The notes beneath the pieces were generated by a model. It worked only from the letters and a program-made list of their open reading frames with translations. It had not been told where the DNA came from and did no database searches. The translations under genes were made by a program, and so were the position numbers. This document shows, one piece after another, positions 9,392 through 19,159 of a stretch of DNA of 64,000 nt. This stretch comes from Patescibacteria group bacterium (GTDB lineage Bacteria > Patescibacteriota > Patescibacteriia > Patescibacteriales > UBA12465), in the NCBI GenBank assembly GCA_035269015.1, contig DATFJU010000016.1, forward strand, positions 4,610-68,609, in the 5' to 3' direction. Numbering within the stretch: position 1 is the first letter of the stretch; every line of letters starts with the position of its first letter.

Positions 9392-9808
9392 ATGGCTGAA
9401 GAGAAAAAAACCTCACAAGAAAATAACGAGGAAAAAAACAAAAATATAACAGAGACTAAAGTTGAAAATAGTGCTGACTCTAAAAACCTAAATCAAACCG
9501 ACTTAAAACCCGGTATGACTGTTCGTGTATATCAAAAAATTAAAGAAGTTAATATTAAAGGAGAAGAAAAGGAAAGAATTCAGTATTTTGAAGGTATAAT
9601 TATTGCTAAAAAGCATAATAAAGAAATTGGTGGTACTATTACAGTTAGAAAAGTTTCTGATAGCGTTGGTGTGGAAAAGATTTTTCCATTAAACTTACCT
9701 AGTATTGATAAGATAGAAGTAAAAAAGATTGCTAAGGTTAGCCGTGCTAAGTTGTATTTCTTAAGAAGAGGTTACAAAAAAAGATTTAAGGAAACCGTTG
9801 TTAAATAA
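9392..9808 (+). CDS. rplS: Ribosomal protein L19 with a K/E/N-rich N-terminal extension
   Basis: The L19 core is present: KPGMTVRVYQKIKE...ERIQYFEGIIIAKKH...TVRK...GVEKIFPLNLP.I..IEV. The ATG at 9392 is preferred over the GTG at 9365. Confidence 0.9.
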   Translation: MAEEKKTSQENNEEKNKNITETKVENSADSKNLNQTDLKPGMTVRVYQKIKEVNIKGEEKERIQYFEGIIIAKKHNKEIGGTITVRKVSDSVGVEKIFPLNLPSIDKIEVKKIAKVSRAKLYFLRRGYKKRFKETVVK

Positions 9809-9815
9809 ACGCTTC

Positions 9816-9899
9816 GGGCGGATGGCGGAATTGGTAGACGCGCAAGCTTGAGGGGCTTGTGGGCTTAGGCCCGTGGAGGTTCAAGTCCTCTTTCGCCCA
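9816..9899 (+). tRNA. tRNA-Leu (anticodon GAG)
   Basis: Cloverleaf folded by hand. Acceptor gggcgga pairs with ttcgccc. The anticodon loop is ttGAGgg. There is a long variable arm (gggc-ttag-gccc) and a T-loop ttcaagt. Only CC follows the discriminator. Confidence 0.9.
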
Positions 9900-9915
9900 C
9901 CGAGCTTTATATATT

Positions 9916-9992
9916 GGGTGCATAGCTCAGCTGGTTAGAGCACTTCGTTTACACCGAAGGGGTCCGGGGTTCGAATCCCTGTGCACCCACCA
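9916..9992 (+). tRNA. tRNA-Val (anticodon UAC)
   Basis: Acceptor gggtgca pairs with tgcaccc. The anticodon loop is ttTACac and the T-loop is ttcgaat. CCA is encoded. Confidence 0.9.
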
Positions 9993-10091
9993 AAAAAAAC
10001 AGATTAATCTCTGTTTTTTTGTTTATATTTTTATAATAATAATTAATTTTGTTATAATACATTAAAGATATATAATTAAATTAATAAGTAT

Positions 10092-10529
10092 ATGAAACAT
10101 TTGGATGTAAAAACAGAAAAAGAAACTAAGAATATAGCTAAAGCTTTTGCTAAAGACGTGGAGCTTGGAGCTGTGGTGGCTTTAATTGGTGATTTAGGTG
10201 CTGGAAAAACAGTTTTTGCTAAGGCTTTTTCTAAAGAATTAGGAGTGAAAGAAGAAGTAATTAGCCCTACCTTTAATATTATTAAAACTTATCAAATAAA
10301 AAATAGTAAAAAAAATGTTAGAGTTTTTTGTCATGTTGATGCTTATCGTTTAAATAGTTACCAAGAATTATTAGAAATTGGTATTGAAGAATATTTAAAT
10401 GACAAAAACACTATAGTGTTAATTGAATGGGCGGATAAAGTGGAAGAGTTATTACCTAAAGATGTGCAGATAATAAGAATTGAACATAAAGAAGATACGA
10501 AGAGAGTTTTTTATTTTGATAATAAATAA
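10092..10529 (+). CDS. tsaE: tRNA t6A37 biosynthesis ATPase TsaE (YjeE)
   Basis: P-loop GDLGAGKTVFAKAF, SPTFNI and HVDAYRL motifs, and about 145 aa. Confidence 0.8.
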   Translation: MKHLDVKTEKETKNIAKAFAKDVELGAVVALIGDLGAGKTVFAKAFSKELGVKEEVISPTFNIIKTYQIKNSKKNVRVFCHVDAYRLNSYQELLEIGIEEYLNDKNTIVLIEWADKVEELLPKDVQIIRIEHKEDTKRVFYFDNK

Positions 10530-10579
10530 CTTGGTGTCTAAAATTATAACTTTACACATCTTTATATAATTATATATTT

Positions 10580-10603
10580 CCATCTTTAGAGATGGTTTTT
10601 TTT
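10580..10603 (+). terminator. Intrinsic terminator after tsaE
   Basis: ccatct (10580-10585) pairs with agatgg (10590-10595) and is followed by T8. It overlaps the last codons of the convergent lspA. Confidence 0.6.
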
Positions 10604-11068
10604 ATTATATTTTGATGAAGAAAAATTTAAAAGTATTAAAATAAAGGCACTTGAAGATATTAATATGTCAGCAATGTTTAAAACAGTGAAGTTTAAAATA
10701 TCAAGATAGTCTATAACATAACCATATATTAATCTGTCTAAAGCATTACTAAGAGCTCCTAGTATTAGGGCAAACAAAGCTATTATTACAATATGTGAGT
10801 ATTTATGTTTTATTAGATAGATTAAATAGAATATTAGTCCTATTATTATACTTACAATAATAATATTTAATATCATTCCAGAGACTGGCAAGGAAAAAGC
10901 AATGTTAAAGTTTTTAGAAAAAGTAAATTTAAGGTATTCGCCTAATAAGTTTAAATTAGGGTTATTATTAACAGCTACTTGTTTAAGATAACGATCAAAA
11001 ATAAAAAATATAGCAAGTATGGTAATTGTTGCTATATTTTTTATATTAAAAGTATTTGATTTTATCAT
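10586..11068 (-). CDS. lspA: Lipoprotein signal peptidase II
   Basis: Four TM segments, a conserved NxxDR...D context (SNALDRLIYGYVIDYLD), and about 160 aa. Confidence 0.8.
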   Translation of the reverse strand: MIKSNTFNIKNIATITILAIFFIFDRYLKQVAVNNNPNLNLLGEYLKFTFSKNFNIAFSLPVSGMILNIIIVSIIIGLIFYLIYLIKHKYSHIVIIALFALILGALSNALDRLIYGYVIDYLDILNFTVLNIADILISSSAFILILLNFSSSKYNKKNHL

Positions 11069-11075
11069 AGTAAAA

Positions 11076-11462
11076 TTAGCTACTTTGTAGTTTTGTTTTA
11101 CATTCTATACATGAACTAGCAGTTGGTCTAGCTAAAAGTCTTTTAGGATTGATTTGTTGTCCGCAATATTTGCAGGTACCATATTCTCTATTTTCAATTC
11201 TTTTTAGTGCTTTATCTATATCTGAAAGTGTTTTTTCAAATATTCTTTGTGTTTCTACAGTAGTACTGTATTCACTAATTTCTTGAGCATTTTCATCTGG
11301 CTTATCTCCATATTCTGGGAATTTAGCACTTCGATTATCTGCCTCATGACTATCTTCTCTAGATATGTCATTTAGATCTTCTAGTATTTTATTTTTTCGA
11401 TCCATTAACTCTTGTTTGATTTGATTAAGAGTTTCTTGGTTCATTGTTTGTTGTTTTTCCAT
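11076..11462 (-). CDS. DksA/TraR-family C4 zinc-finger protein
   Basis: An N-terminal coiled coil and a C-terminal CKYCGQ...x17...CIEC zinc finger. Confidence 0.75.
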   Translation of the reverse strand: MEKQQTMNQETLNQIKQELMDRKNKILEDLNDISREDSHEADNRSAKFPEYGDKPDENAQEISEYSTTVETQRIFEKTLSDIDKALKRIENREYGTCKYCGQQINPKRLLARPTASSCIECKTKLQSS

Positions 11463-11638
11463 ATTTTTGGTAATTAAAAAACCAACACAAGTGGCTATTC
11501 AAGTACTATTATTGTATACTAAATAAAGGATTATAGCAAGTCTTTACAAATACTTTTTTATTTGTTAATATTTCTTTGTCTTTAAAAAAGATAAAAGGTG
11601 TATTGATGCAGCCTGTAGGCTGTATTTTGTAAACATTA

Positions 11639-11712
11639 GGAGCGGTAGTTCAGCTGGTTAGAACGCCTGCCTGTCACGCAGGAGGTCGCGGGTTCGAGTC
11701 CCGTCCGTTCCG
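11639..11712 (+). tRNA. tRNA-Asp (anticodon GUC)
   Basis: Acceptor ggagcgg pairs with ccgttcc (one G-U pair). The anticodon loop is ctGTCac and the T-loop is ttcgagt. No CCA is encoded. Confidence 0.9.
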
Positions 11713-11722
11713 CATTAAATTA

Positions 11723-11747
11723 AGTAAGGTTTATCCTTGCTTTTTTT
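11723..11747 (+). terminator. Intrinsic terminator after tRNA-Asp
   Basis: agtaagg pairs with ccttgct (one wobble), with loop tttat and then a T7 run. Confidence 0.55.
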
Positions 11748-11857
11748 AATATCTTACTAGGAAATTTGTATGATAAAAGTAAAGATGTTTTTTTGAGTGC
11801 GGGGATAGCGTTATTTTGTTATAATATAGATGTAAACACATTTTTTTTATTATTTTT

Positions 11858-12919
11858 ATGATTTATTCAATTATAATACTATTGCTATTTATATTAAGTC
11901 ATTATTTTGCAGGGCAGTTAATATATAATACATTTAGTTTTAAAAAAAGAAAATATTTAGCATATTTAATACCTTTTTTAGTTACCTTTTTTTTCATTTT
12001 CAATGTTGTTTTAATAAACTACATAAATAAATCATTTTTTGATTTTATATATATTATTAGCGCGGTTTTGTTTGGTTTTTTAACACAAATGCTAATATTT
12101 GGAGCTATTTTTTATTTTGCTAAATTTATTGTTGCCAAAAGGAAATTATTGGCAAAAATTCTTTTTTCTTTGGTAGTTTTTATGTTTTTATTAGGAACAT
12201 ATAACGCTTTTTTCCCTAGAGTAAAAAGAATAGAAATAAACAATTTAAATAATTTTAAAGATAGTATAAGAATTGTGCACTTATCAGATTTACACTTAGG
12301 CTTAACTTATCAAACAAATTATTTAAAGAAGTTAGCTATTAAAGTAAACGCTTTAGAGGCAGATATTGTAGTGATAAGTGGTGACTTGTTTGATGGCAAT
12401 GATTCAGAAATAAAAAAGTTTATTCCAGCGCTTAAAAGCTTTAATAACCCTATTGTTTTTGTGCCAGGTAATCATGACCATTATATAGATGAAAACTTAC
12501 TTACAAGTATTGTCTTGGAGGCAGGACTTCATGAGTTAAAGAATGAAGCTTATAATATAAAGGGAGTTGAATTTATTGGCTTTGATTATCTAAATGATAC
12601 AGATAGTGATATAAGAAGAGAGATAGATAACTTAAGTGCAAATAAACAAAATTTAAGAGTAGTTATTAATCATGTGCCAGTTGATCAAGCTGAGGCGCAT
12701 GCTTTAAAAGCAGACTTAATGCTTTCAGGGCATGCTCATCGTGGACAAATCAGCCCTTTCTCATTATTTGTCCGATATTTATATGGTGATTTCTCTTATG
12801 GACTTTCTGATTATAAAGGAATGATAACATACACTAGTGCCGGCGTAGGAACTTTTGGGCCACCGCTTCGCACGTTATTTCCTGGGGAAATAGTAGTTTT
12901 TTATATTAATGATAAATAA
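11858..12919 (+). CDS. Membrane-anchored calcineurin-like metallophosphoesterase
   Basis: Four N-terminal TM segments followed by the DLHLG, GDLFDG, GNHD and GHAHRGQ motifs. Confidence 0.8.
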   Translation: MIYSIIILLLFILSHYFAGQLIYNTFSFKKRKYLAYLIPFLVTFFFIFNVVLINYINKSFFDFIYIISAVLFGFLTQMLIFGAIFYFAKFIVAKRKLLAKILFSLVVFMFLLGTYNAFFPRVKRIEINNLNNFKDSIRIVHLSDLHLGLTYQTNYLKKLAIKVNALEADIVVISGDLFDGNDSEIKKFIPALKSFNNPIVFVPGNHDHYIDENLLTSIVLEAGLHELKNEAYNIKGVEFIGFDYLNDTDSDIRREIDNLSANKQNLRVVINHVPVDQAEAHALKADLMLSGHAHRGQISPFSLFVRYLYGDFSYGLSDYKGMITYTSAGVGTFGPPLRTLFPGEIVVFYINDK

Positions 12920-12982
12920 GTATTTGTTACTTACTATAGTTAGGATTTAGATATAAACAATTTAAATTTTCTTAGCGCTTAG

Positions 12983-13009
12983 AACCTCTTTTAAAAGGGT
13001 GGTTTTTTT
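12983..13009 (+). terminator. Probable intrinsic terminator
   Basis: An imperfect hairpin, aacctctttt/aaaagggtggtt, followed by T7. Confidence 0.45.
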
Positions 13010-13085
13010 AATAAAGATTTAAATGTGTTAGAATAAATATGAAAATATTTTAGTTAGATTTTACTTAGATGAGAATTAATAAATT

Positions 13086-14315
13086 ATGTCTAAACAAAAA
13101 CAAGTTGTTAAATTAAAAAAGACCTTAAGTTTTCCGGTTTTGCTTTTCTATAGCACAGGAACAATTTTAGGTTTAGGTATTTATGTTATTTTAGGAAAAA
13201 TCATTGGTCATGCCGGAATGTTTACCCCATTGGCTTTTATTGTCTCAGCTATACTAGTTATATTTACTGCCTTTTCATATAGCGAACTATCAGCTCGTAT
13301 ACCAAAGAGTGGCGGAGCTGTAAATTATGTAGATAGTGCTTTTAAAAAACCGGCACTTTCTAAAATTATAGGTTGGTTATTGATTGCCTCTGCTATTATA
13401 TCTACAGCCACAGTTTTAAATGGTTATGTAGGCTATGTTCATGAATTTGCAAATATTGCACCTTGGATAATTATATCAGTTGTTATTTTTGTGTTATCGG
13501 CAGTAGCTATTTGGGGTATATCACAGTCTGCAGCCACAATAACGATTATTACAATTATTGAACTTTTGGGTATATTTTTAATTATTTTTATTGCTGGAGA
13601 TAATTTAAGTCAATTACCAGCTAGAATTTCTGAATTTGTTCCTAGTTTTGAAATTAATGTTTGGAGAGGAATATTAATGGGAGCCTTTTTAGGATTTTTT
13701 ACCTTTATTGGCTTTGAAGATGTGGTTAATGTAGCAGAAGAAACTAAGAACCCTCAAAAAAATATGCCTAGAGCTATTATAGGGTCATTAATTATATTAA
13801 CCATACTTTACATAATAGTTGCTACTATTGCCGTTTTAGGTCTTTCTGTCCAAGAGTTAAAGACTAGTGATGCACCACTAGCTGATATATTAGCGCAAAA
13901 AGGAGCAGGTTATCCATTAATTATTAGCATTATTGGATTAATAGCTATAATTAATGGTGTTATGGTGCAAATTGTTATGAACGCTAGAGTATTGTATGGA
14001 ATGGCTCAAAGAAAATTAGCACCGCAAATATTTGGTAAACTAAATAGAAAAACTAGAACTCCAATTTGGGCTACTATTTTTTCTAGTGGGATTATTTTAG
14101 CGTTAGCTTTAATGTTTGATCTTGAATCACTAGCTAGTGCTACCAATTATATATTACTTACTGTATTTATTTTTATTAATTTAGCGCTTATAGTTTTGAA
14201 AAAAAGAGATCCAAAACCTAAAGGTGTTAAAAGCTATGGGTTTGCTGTGCCCGTTTTAGGTCTTTTCTTTACTGTTGCTATATTAGTTTTTCAATTATAT
14301 ACTCTTTTTAGATAA
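13086..14315 (+). CDS. APC-family amino acid permease
   Basis: About 12 TM segments. The N-terminal region GTILGLGIYV...FSYSELSARIPKSGG is typical of the APC/AA_permease_2 family. Confidence 0.8.
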   Translation: MSKQKQVVKLKKTLSFPVLLFYSTGTILGLGIYVILGKIIGHAGMFTPLAFIVSAILVIFTAFSYSELSARIPKSGGAVNYVDSAFKKPALSKIIGWLLIASAIISTATVLNGYVGYVHEFANIAPWIIISVVIFVLSAVAIWGISQSAATITIITIIELLGIFLIIFIAGDNLSQLPARISEFVPSFEINVWRGILMGAFLGFFTFIGFEDVVNVAEETKNPQKNMPRAIIGSLIILTILYIIVATIAVLGLSVQELKTSDAPLADILAQKGAGYPLIISIIGLIAIINGVMVQIVMNARVLYGMAQRKLAPQIFGKLNRKTRTPIWATIFSSGIILALALMFDLESLASATNYILLTVFIFINLALIVLKKRDPKPKGVKSYGFAVPVLGLFFTVAILVFQLYTLFR

Positions 14316-14338
14316 TTATAAATATAAAAAATAAATAT

Positions 14339-14614
14339 ATGTTAAAACACATGAATATTCAGGTTCGAGGTTTTGTTCAAGGTGTTTTTCTTCGAAAAAA
14401 AATAAAAGACAAAGCAAAAGAGTTGAATTTAAAAGGTTTTGTACAAAATCAAGATGATGGCAGTGTGATAGCAGAGGTTGAGGGGGAAGAAATTGATTTA
14501 ATTGAACTTTTTGAATTTATTAAAAGTGGCCCTGGTATAGCAGAACCTGAAAAAATAAAATATCACTTTTCTAATAGTATAGAAAGTTTTTCTAGTTTTG
14601 AAGTTAAAGATTAG
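14339..14614 (+). CDS. acyP: Acylphosphatase
   Basis: VRGFVQGVFLR plus GFVQNQDDGSV, and 91 aa. Confidence 0.8.
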   Translation: MLKHMNIQVRGFVQGVFLRKKIKDKAKELNLKGFVQNQDDGSVIAEVEGEEIDLIELFEFIKSGPGIAEPEKIKYHFSNSIESFSSFEVKD

Positions 14615-14804
14615 TAGTTTTTATGGTTTTACTTTTAAAGTTTTTATTTTAGATAAAACCATTTTTAAACTTAATGCTAAAGTTATTAAAGAAGAATATA
14701 GCTAAAGACTTACAAAACATTTAGTGTTATTCTTTAAAATAGGGTTTTTTTGTGCTAAAATAATAATAAGTGAACTTAGTTAATTCAAGTTACTAACATA
14801 TAAT

Positions 14805-15182
14805 ATGAATACATTTTTAAAAACTCTAAGAGTATTTTTTGTAATTTTAGGTGTAATCTTCTTTTTACTTATCGTAGCAGTCTTTTATTTATATCAAACT
14901 GATTTTTATGGTATTAAAACCATGATAAATTATGAAAAAGAAGAAGTTACTACAACAAATGATATTAATAAAACTGAAGATAAGAACTCTGCTTTAAGTG
15001 CTGAGCAAGAAGCTCAACTTGAAAGTATCGGTGTTGATCCAGCAACAGTACCAAGTGAAGTAACTCCGGAAATGGAAGATTGTTTTATACAAAAATTAGG
15101 AGAAGAAAGGGTGAGGGAGATTGAAGATGGCTCATCGCCTACTGCTTTGGAGCTTATAAAAGCAAAGCCTTGTTTAGATTAA
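14805..15182 (+). CDS. Hypothetical signal-anchored protein
   Basis: One N-terminal TM segment and an acidic extracytoplasmic tail with two Cys. No family was recognised. Confidence 0.4.
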   Translation: MNTFLKTLRVFFVILGVIFFLLIVAVFYLYQTDFYGIKTMINYEKEEVTTTNDINKTEDKNSALSAEQEAQLESIGVDPATVPSEVTPEMEDCFIQKLGEERVREIEDGSSPTALELIKAKPCLD

Positions 15183-15207
15183 TCATTTAGCATTAATTTA
15201 TTAATTT

Positions 15208-15606
15208 ATGGAAGCTTTAAAATTAATAAGTTCATATTTATTTACTTTGGTAGCCCTATTTATTTTAGATATGTTGTGGATTGAATATGTGGCTGGCAAA
15301 ATATACAAGAAATACTTAGCTAACATTTCAAAAGATAGTATTAATTGGTTACCGGCTATACTTTTTTATTTAATTTTTACTTTAGCATTGTTTATTTTTG
15401 TGGTTATTCCTGCTAGTTCTTGGTTAATAGTTTTACAAAAAGGAGCTTTATTTGGGTTTATTGTTTATTCTATTTATAGTTTAACTAATGCTAGTTTTAT
15501 TAAAGATTGGAACTGGAAAATTGTTATTTCTGATATTTTGTGGGGTACGGTGTTAGGAGGTGTGGCTAGCTTGATTGCTTATTATATTGTCTTAGCAATG
15601 CTTTAA
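15208..15606 (+). CDS. DUF2177-like membrane protein
   Basis: Four TM segments and sequence character matching DUF2177 (LDMLWIEYVAGKIYKKYL). Confidence 0.55.
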   Translation: MEALKLISSYLFTLVALFILDMLWIEYVAGKIYKKYLANISKDSINWLPAILFYLIFTLALFIFVVIPASSWLIVLQKGALFGFIVYSIYSLTNASFIKDWNWKIVISDILWGTVLGGVASLIAYYIVLAML

Positions 15607-15618
15607 ATTTTATTTTCA

Positions 15619-16044
15619 ATGAATAAACTATTTTTAATAATTATTGTTTTAATATTACTTTTAAGTACGGCTTTTTTTGTTAATAAAATTGATGAAGTAA
15701 AGATAAAAAATACTATTTTTCAAGTAGAAATAGCGGATGAGAGTAATGAGCGCCAGAAAGGTTTAAGCAACCGCAATTATTTGTGTGGCAACTGCGCCAT
15801 GCTTTTTGTTTTTGAGGATAGTAAGCCAAGAACTTTTGTAATGAGAGAAATGATGATGCCAATTGATATTTTGTTTATCAATAATAATATAATTACTGAT
15901 ATATATAAAGATTTAGAACCTGAAGGTAAAAATTATAATAACTATTATAAAAGCTCATCATCAGCAAATATGGTTTTAGAAATTAATGCTAATTATAGTG
16001 ATAGACATGACATAAAAGTAGGAGATGAGATAAATATTTACTGA
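15619..16044 (+). CDS. DUF192 domain protein
   Basis: A signal anchor plus (I)ADESNERQKGLSNR...MLFVF....FVMREMMMPIDILFI, which is typical DUF192. Confidence 0.7.
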   Translation: MNKLFLIIIVLILLLSTAFFVNKIDEVKIKNTIFQVEIADESNERQKGLSNRNYLCGNCAMLFVFEDSKPRTFVMREMMMPIDILFINNNIITDIYKDLEPEGKNYNNYYKSSSSANMVLEINANYSDRHDIKVGDEINIY

Positions 16045-16045
16045 T

Positions 16046-16825
16046 ATGACAAGATCTTATTTACAAACGAGAAAGCCATTAATAATGCTTGTTCTTTTTT
16101 TATATGTAATAATGGCTAGTTTATTAGTTTATTTGTTAGAGCCTCCATATTATTTAGCTATTTGTATAGTTTTGGGTGTACCTTCTTTATTTAATTTCTT
16201 TTTATTAAAAAATGGGAAAACTAAAATAATAGTATTTTCTTTTCTTACTACCCTTCTATTTGCCCCACCAATAGAGTTGATGGCAAGGTTGGCAAACGCT
16301 TGGGATGTAGCTTCAATATTTGCTCGCCCTTTTGGTTTAATACCTTTAGAGAATATGTTGTTTGCTTTTTTAAACTTCTTTTGGATTTTAAGTTTTTATG
16401 AGTTTTTTCTAGATACGCAAAAAGCAAAAGTAGATATAAATAAAAGATTTAAAACATTAATATCATTATATTTATTTTTATCAATAATAACATACGGAGT
16501 ATTTTTCTTTAATTCTGATCTTATTAAAACAGATTACCATATCTTAGCTTTAATATTTCTAGTTCCTATTTTGATAATTTTAGGTTTTAAAACTCCTAAA
16601 CTTATTAAAAAAACACTGATTCCCACAGCGTTCTTTGCTTTAATTTTCTTTATTTATGAGATAGTTTCTTTATTAATTGGACATTGGTGGTGGCCAGGAA
16701 ATTATTTATGGCCTATTTCTGTTTCTGGAATTGTTTTTCCAATTGATGATATAATTATTTGGTATTTACTATCTACCCCAGCCTTGATTTTAGGTTATGA
16801 GTTTTTTATTGATGACAACAAATAG
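16046..16825 (+). CDS. Polytopic membrane protein with two lycopene-cyclase-domain-like repeats
   Basis: Two repeats each carry a P-x-E/D-acidic motif before an aromatic TM segment (GLIPLENMLFAF and VFPIDDIIIWYL), as in CrtYc/CrtYd-type domains. The assignment is tentative. Confidence 0.4.
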   Translation: MTRSYLQTRKPLIMLVLFLYVIMASLLVYLLEPPYYLAICIVLGVPSLFNFFLLKNGKTKIIVFSFLTTLLFAPPIELMARLANAWDVASIFARPFGLIPLENMLFAFLNFFWILSFYEFFLDTQKAKVDINKRFKTLISLYLFLSIITYGVFFFNSDLIKTDYHILALIFLVPILIILGFKTPKLIKKTLIPTAFFALIFFIYEIVSLLIGHWWWPGNYLWPISVSGIVFPIDDIIIWYLLSTPALILGYEFFIDDNK

Positions 16826-16829
16826 TTTA

Positions 16830-17549
16830 CTATATTTTTTTTAATATTTTAAGCTCTTCTTCGTTTAATCTTTTAAATTCACCTTCTTTTATTTGACCTA
16901 GTTTTAGGGGCCCCAAAGATATCCTTTTTATTTTTAAAACTTTAATATTAAAATGAGCAAACATTTTTCTTATTTGTCTGTTTTGACCTTGACTTAAAGT
17001 AATTAAGAACTTTTGTTTATTTATTTTTTTTACATTTTTAACTTTAGCTAGAGTTTTTTCTTGAATATCTAGTCCTTGTTTAAAGCTATCTTGAATTTGT
17101 GAGAAAGGGGTGCTGTATTTTTCAGTTTCAACTTCATATACTTTAGTATGCTCAAACCGAGGGTGAGTTAATTTATTAGTTATATCTCCGTCATTTGTTA
17201 AGAAAACTAAACCCTGACTGTCTTTGTCTAAACGACCAACAATATTTAATTTTTCATTATTTAAACCTCTATCCTTTTTTAAAAGATAAAAAATATTTTT
17301 TTCACCTTTAAATTTTCTATTAGTACAAGTGTATCCTTGTGGTTTATTTAATAGGTAATATTTTAATTCAAGCTTAGTCTTAATTATTTTGTTATTAATT
17401 TTAATTTCATTATCTCTATTAGCTTTATCACCTAGCTGGGCTTGTTTTTGATTAACAAAAACAAGACCTTTCCTTACTAGTTTTTCAGCGTCTCTTCTTG
17501 AGCAATAACCTGAGTTAGCTATTATTTTTGTGATTGGTTCTTTTATCAT
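16830..17549 (-). CDS. Pseudouridine synthase, RsuA/RluB family
   Basis: An N-terminal S4 domain (SGYCSRRDAEKLVRKG) and the catalytic motif GRLDKDSQGLVFLTNDG. Confidence 0.85.
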   Translation of the reverse strand: MIKEPITKIIANSGYCSRRDAEKLVRKGLVFVNQKQAQLGDKANRDNEIKINNKIIKTKLELKYYLLNKPQGYTCTNRKFKGEKNIFYLLKKDRGLNNEKLNIVGRLDKDSQGLVFLTNDGDITNKLTHPRFEHTKVYEVETEKYSTPFSQIQDSFKQGLDIQEKTLAKVKNVKKINKQKFLITLSQGQNRQIRKMFAHFNIKVLKIKRISLGPLKLGQIKEGEFKRLNEEELKILKKI

Positions 17550-18939
17550 GAGTTTTAGAATGAATGCTAATTAGCGCCAATAAGGAGACAATTATCCAAA
17601 ACAATGCGCTGAGGTCGTTTTTAAAATATGGAACATCTACCAGGCCGTGAATAATAATTGCACTTATTGAGGAGATTATAGCTATCAATATTGGTTTAAA
17701 TTCTTTTTTATTGTTTTTCAATAGCATTATCGCTTTTATATATATTTTAATAAATAAAAACATAAAGACAATTAAACCTAGAAGGCCAAGTTCTACCCAA
17801 AAGTTTAAAACAATATTATGAGGATAAAGATATATTTCTAGTGGTTGCCAAGCTGATTTTCTAAACTCTTGATTATATAAAGTTTTTCTAAGCCAGTCAG
17901 GGTCTTGGTGGTCTTTGATGAAGATACCTTCTTGATGGTAAGGAGCTACTGCTTGCTGATAGTTTAATAATCCAACTCCAAATATCCAGTTATTATCATT
18001 TTTTAACATTTGCCAAGTTTCCTGCCATTGAGAGATTCGTATTTGACCTGATTTATCTTTAAGCATTATTTTTTCCTCCACAAAAGTATTAGCTTGCGAG
18101 TTAAAGGCTAAAACTGATGATGAAACAATTATTAAACTTATAGCAATAATTCTTGTGCGTTTATTGTATATTAGTAAATAAATAAATATAGAAATAAGAG
18201 TAGCTATTAAAGCACCTTCAGATTTAGCAAAATACATTGATAAAAGAGAGCTTATTATAATAAAAAACAATAAAGCGCTAAGAAGTTTATTCTTTAAGCT
18301 TTTTAAATTCTTTAGGTAAGAGCTGGCTAGTCCTAAGCTTAGCAGTGATATAGGTGTTAGGTATAGGCCTAAGGCATTAGGGTAAGGAAATAATGATGTT
18401 ACACGTCTAGTTTCAGCTTGGGACCAAAATTCGTTAAAGATATATAAACCACTTATTTGTTGAAAGATAGCCACTATTGATATTAAAAGTGCAGACAAAG
18501 AAAGAGCCCAAATAATTTTCTTCCAATCAGTTTTTATATTAAAATAATTAATTATTAAAATATAAAGTATAATTGGCTCAAAAAAATAAGCTTTAAAAAC
18601 TCCTAAGGCAGAGAAGGATAATCCAGATAAATACACAGCTAAGTAAGCTATTAGTAAAACAGCAACAATTTCATAGTTAAAAGGGTAATTTTGTAATTTA
18701 TTTAAATTTTTATTATTGATTTTACTTTTAATTCTCTTTATAATCTTAGGGCCTTTTTTAACAAGAAAAAAAGCAAAGATTATTAATATCATAGCTTCTA
18801 AAAAGGTAAAAGGTATATTTAAGACTTCAAAGCGTATTAAATAACTAGGTAAAGTAAAGATAATAACTAAAAGCGCTAACCTAGGTCTAAAGGCCGCTAT
18901 AATAGTATAGAAAATTAAGCTAAATAAAATTAAAGTCAT
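17515..18939 (-). CDS. O-antigen ligase/polymerase-like (Wzy_C) membrane protein
   Basis: About 12 TM segments with a large extracytoplasmic loop (QETWQMLKNDNNWIFGVGLLNYQ), typical of Wzy_C-type proteins. Confidence 0.6.
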   Translation of the reverse strand: MTLILFSLIFYTIIAAFRPRLALLVIIFTLPSYLIRFEVLNIPFTFLEAMILIIFAFFLVKKGPKIIKRIKSKINNKNLNKLQNYPFNYEIVAVLLIAYLAVYLSGLSFSALGVFKAYFFEPIILYILIINYFNIKTDWKKIIWALSLSALLISIVAIFQQISGLYIFNEFWSQAETRRVTSLFPYPNALGLYLTPISLLSLGLASSYLKNLKSLKNKLLSALLFFIIISSLLSMYFAKSEGALIATLISIFIYLLIYNKRTRIIAISLIIVSSSVLAFNSQANTFVEEKIMLKDKSGQIRISQWQETWQMLKNDNNWIFGVGLLNYQQAVAPYHQEGIFIKDHQDPDWLRKTLYNQEFRKSAWQPLEIYLYPHNIVLNFWVELGLLGLIVFMFLFIKIYIKAIMLLKNNKKEFKPILIAIISSISAIIIHGLVDVPYFKNDLSALFWIIVSLLALISIHSKTHDKRTNHKNNS

Positions 18940-19159
18940 AATTTTATTATACCATTTTTTTGTCTTTAGTGATAAAATATATATAAGTAGTTACTTTTTT
19001 ATAATTAATTCGTTATATTATAGGCAACTAGTTACTTGCTAATAATTAATTAGCAATTTAAAAAATATAAGTTAAGAAAATATTTTTAAACGGTTTTGTT
19101 TAAGTTTTAAAAGCTGACGAGTTTTTAAACTATCAAGACTAAGTTAAAAAACAAGTAGC

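Noticed and set aside
9859-10065. 68-aa ORF on the plus strand
   Set aside because: It is read straight through tRNA-Leu and tRNA-Val. The cloverleaves explain the sequence, and the ORF has no coding character.
14615-14804. Hairpin atggtttta...taaaaccat (about 14623-14661) as a terminator, or a small-protein gene in the 190-nt gap
   Set aside because: The loop is about 21 nt and AT-only, so terminator confidence is low. Only ORFs of 9-15 codons are present, and they have no ribosome-binding sites.
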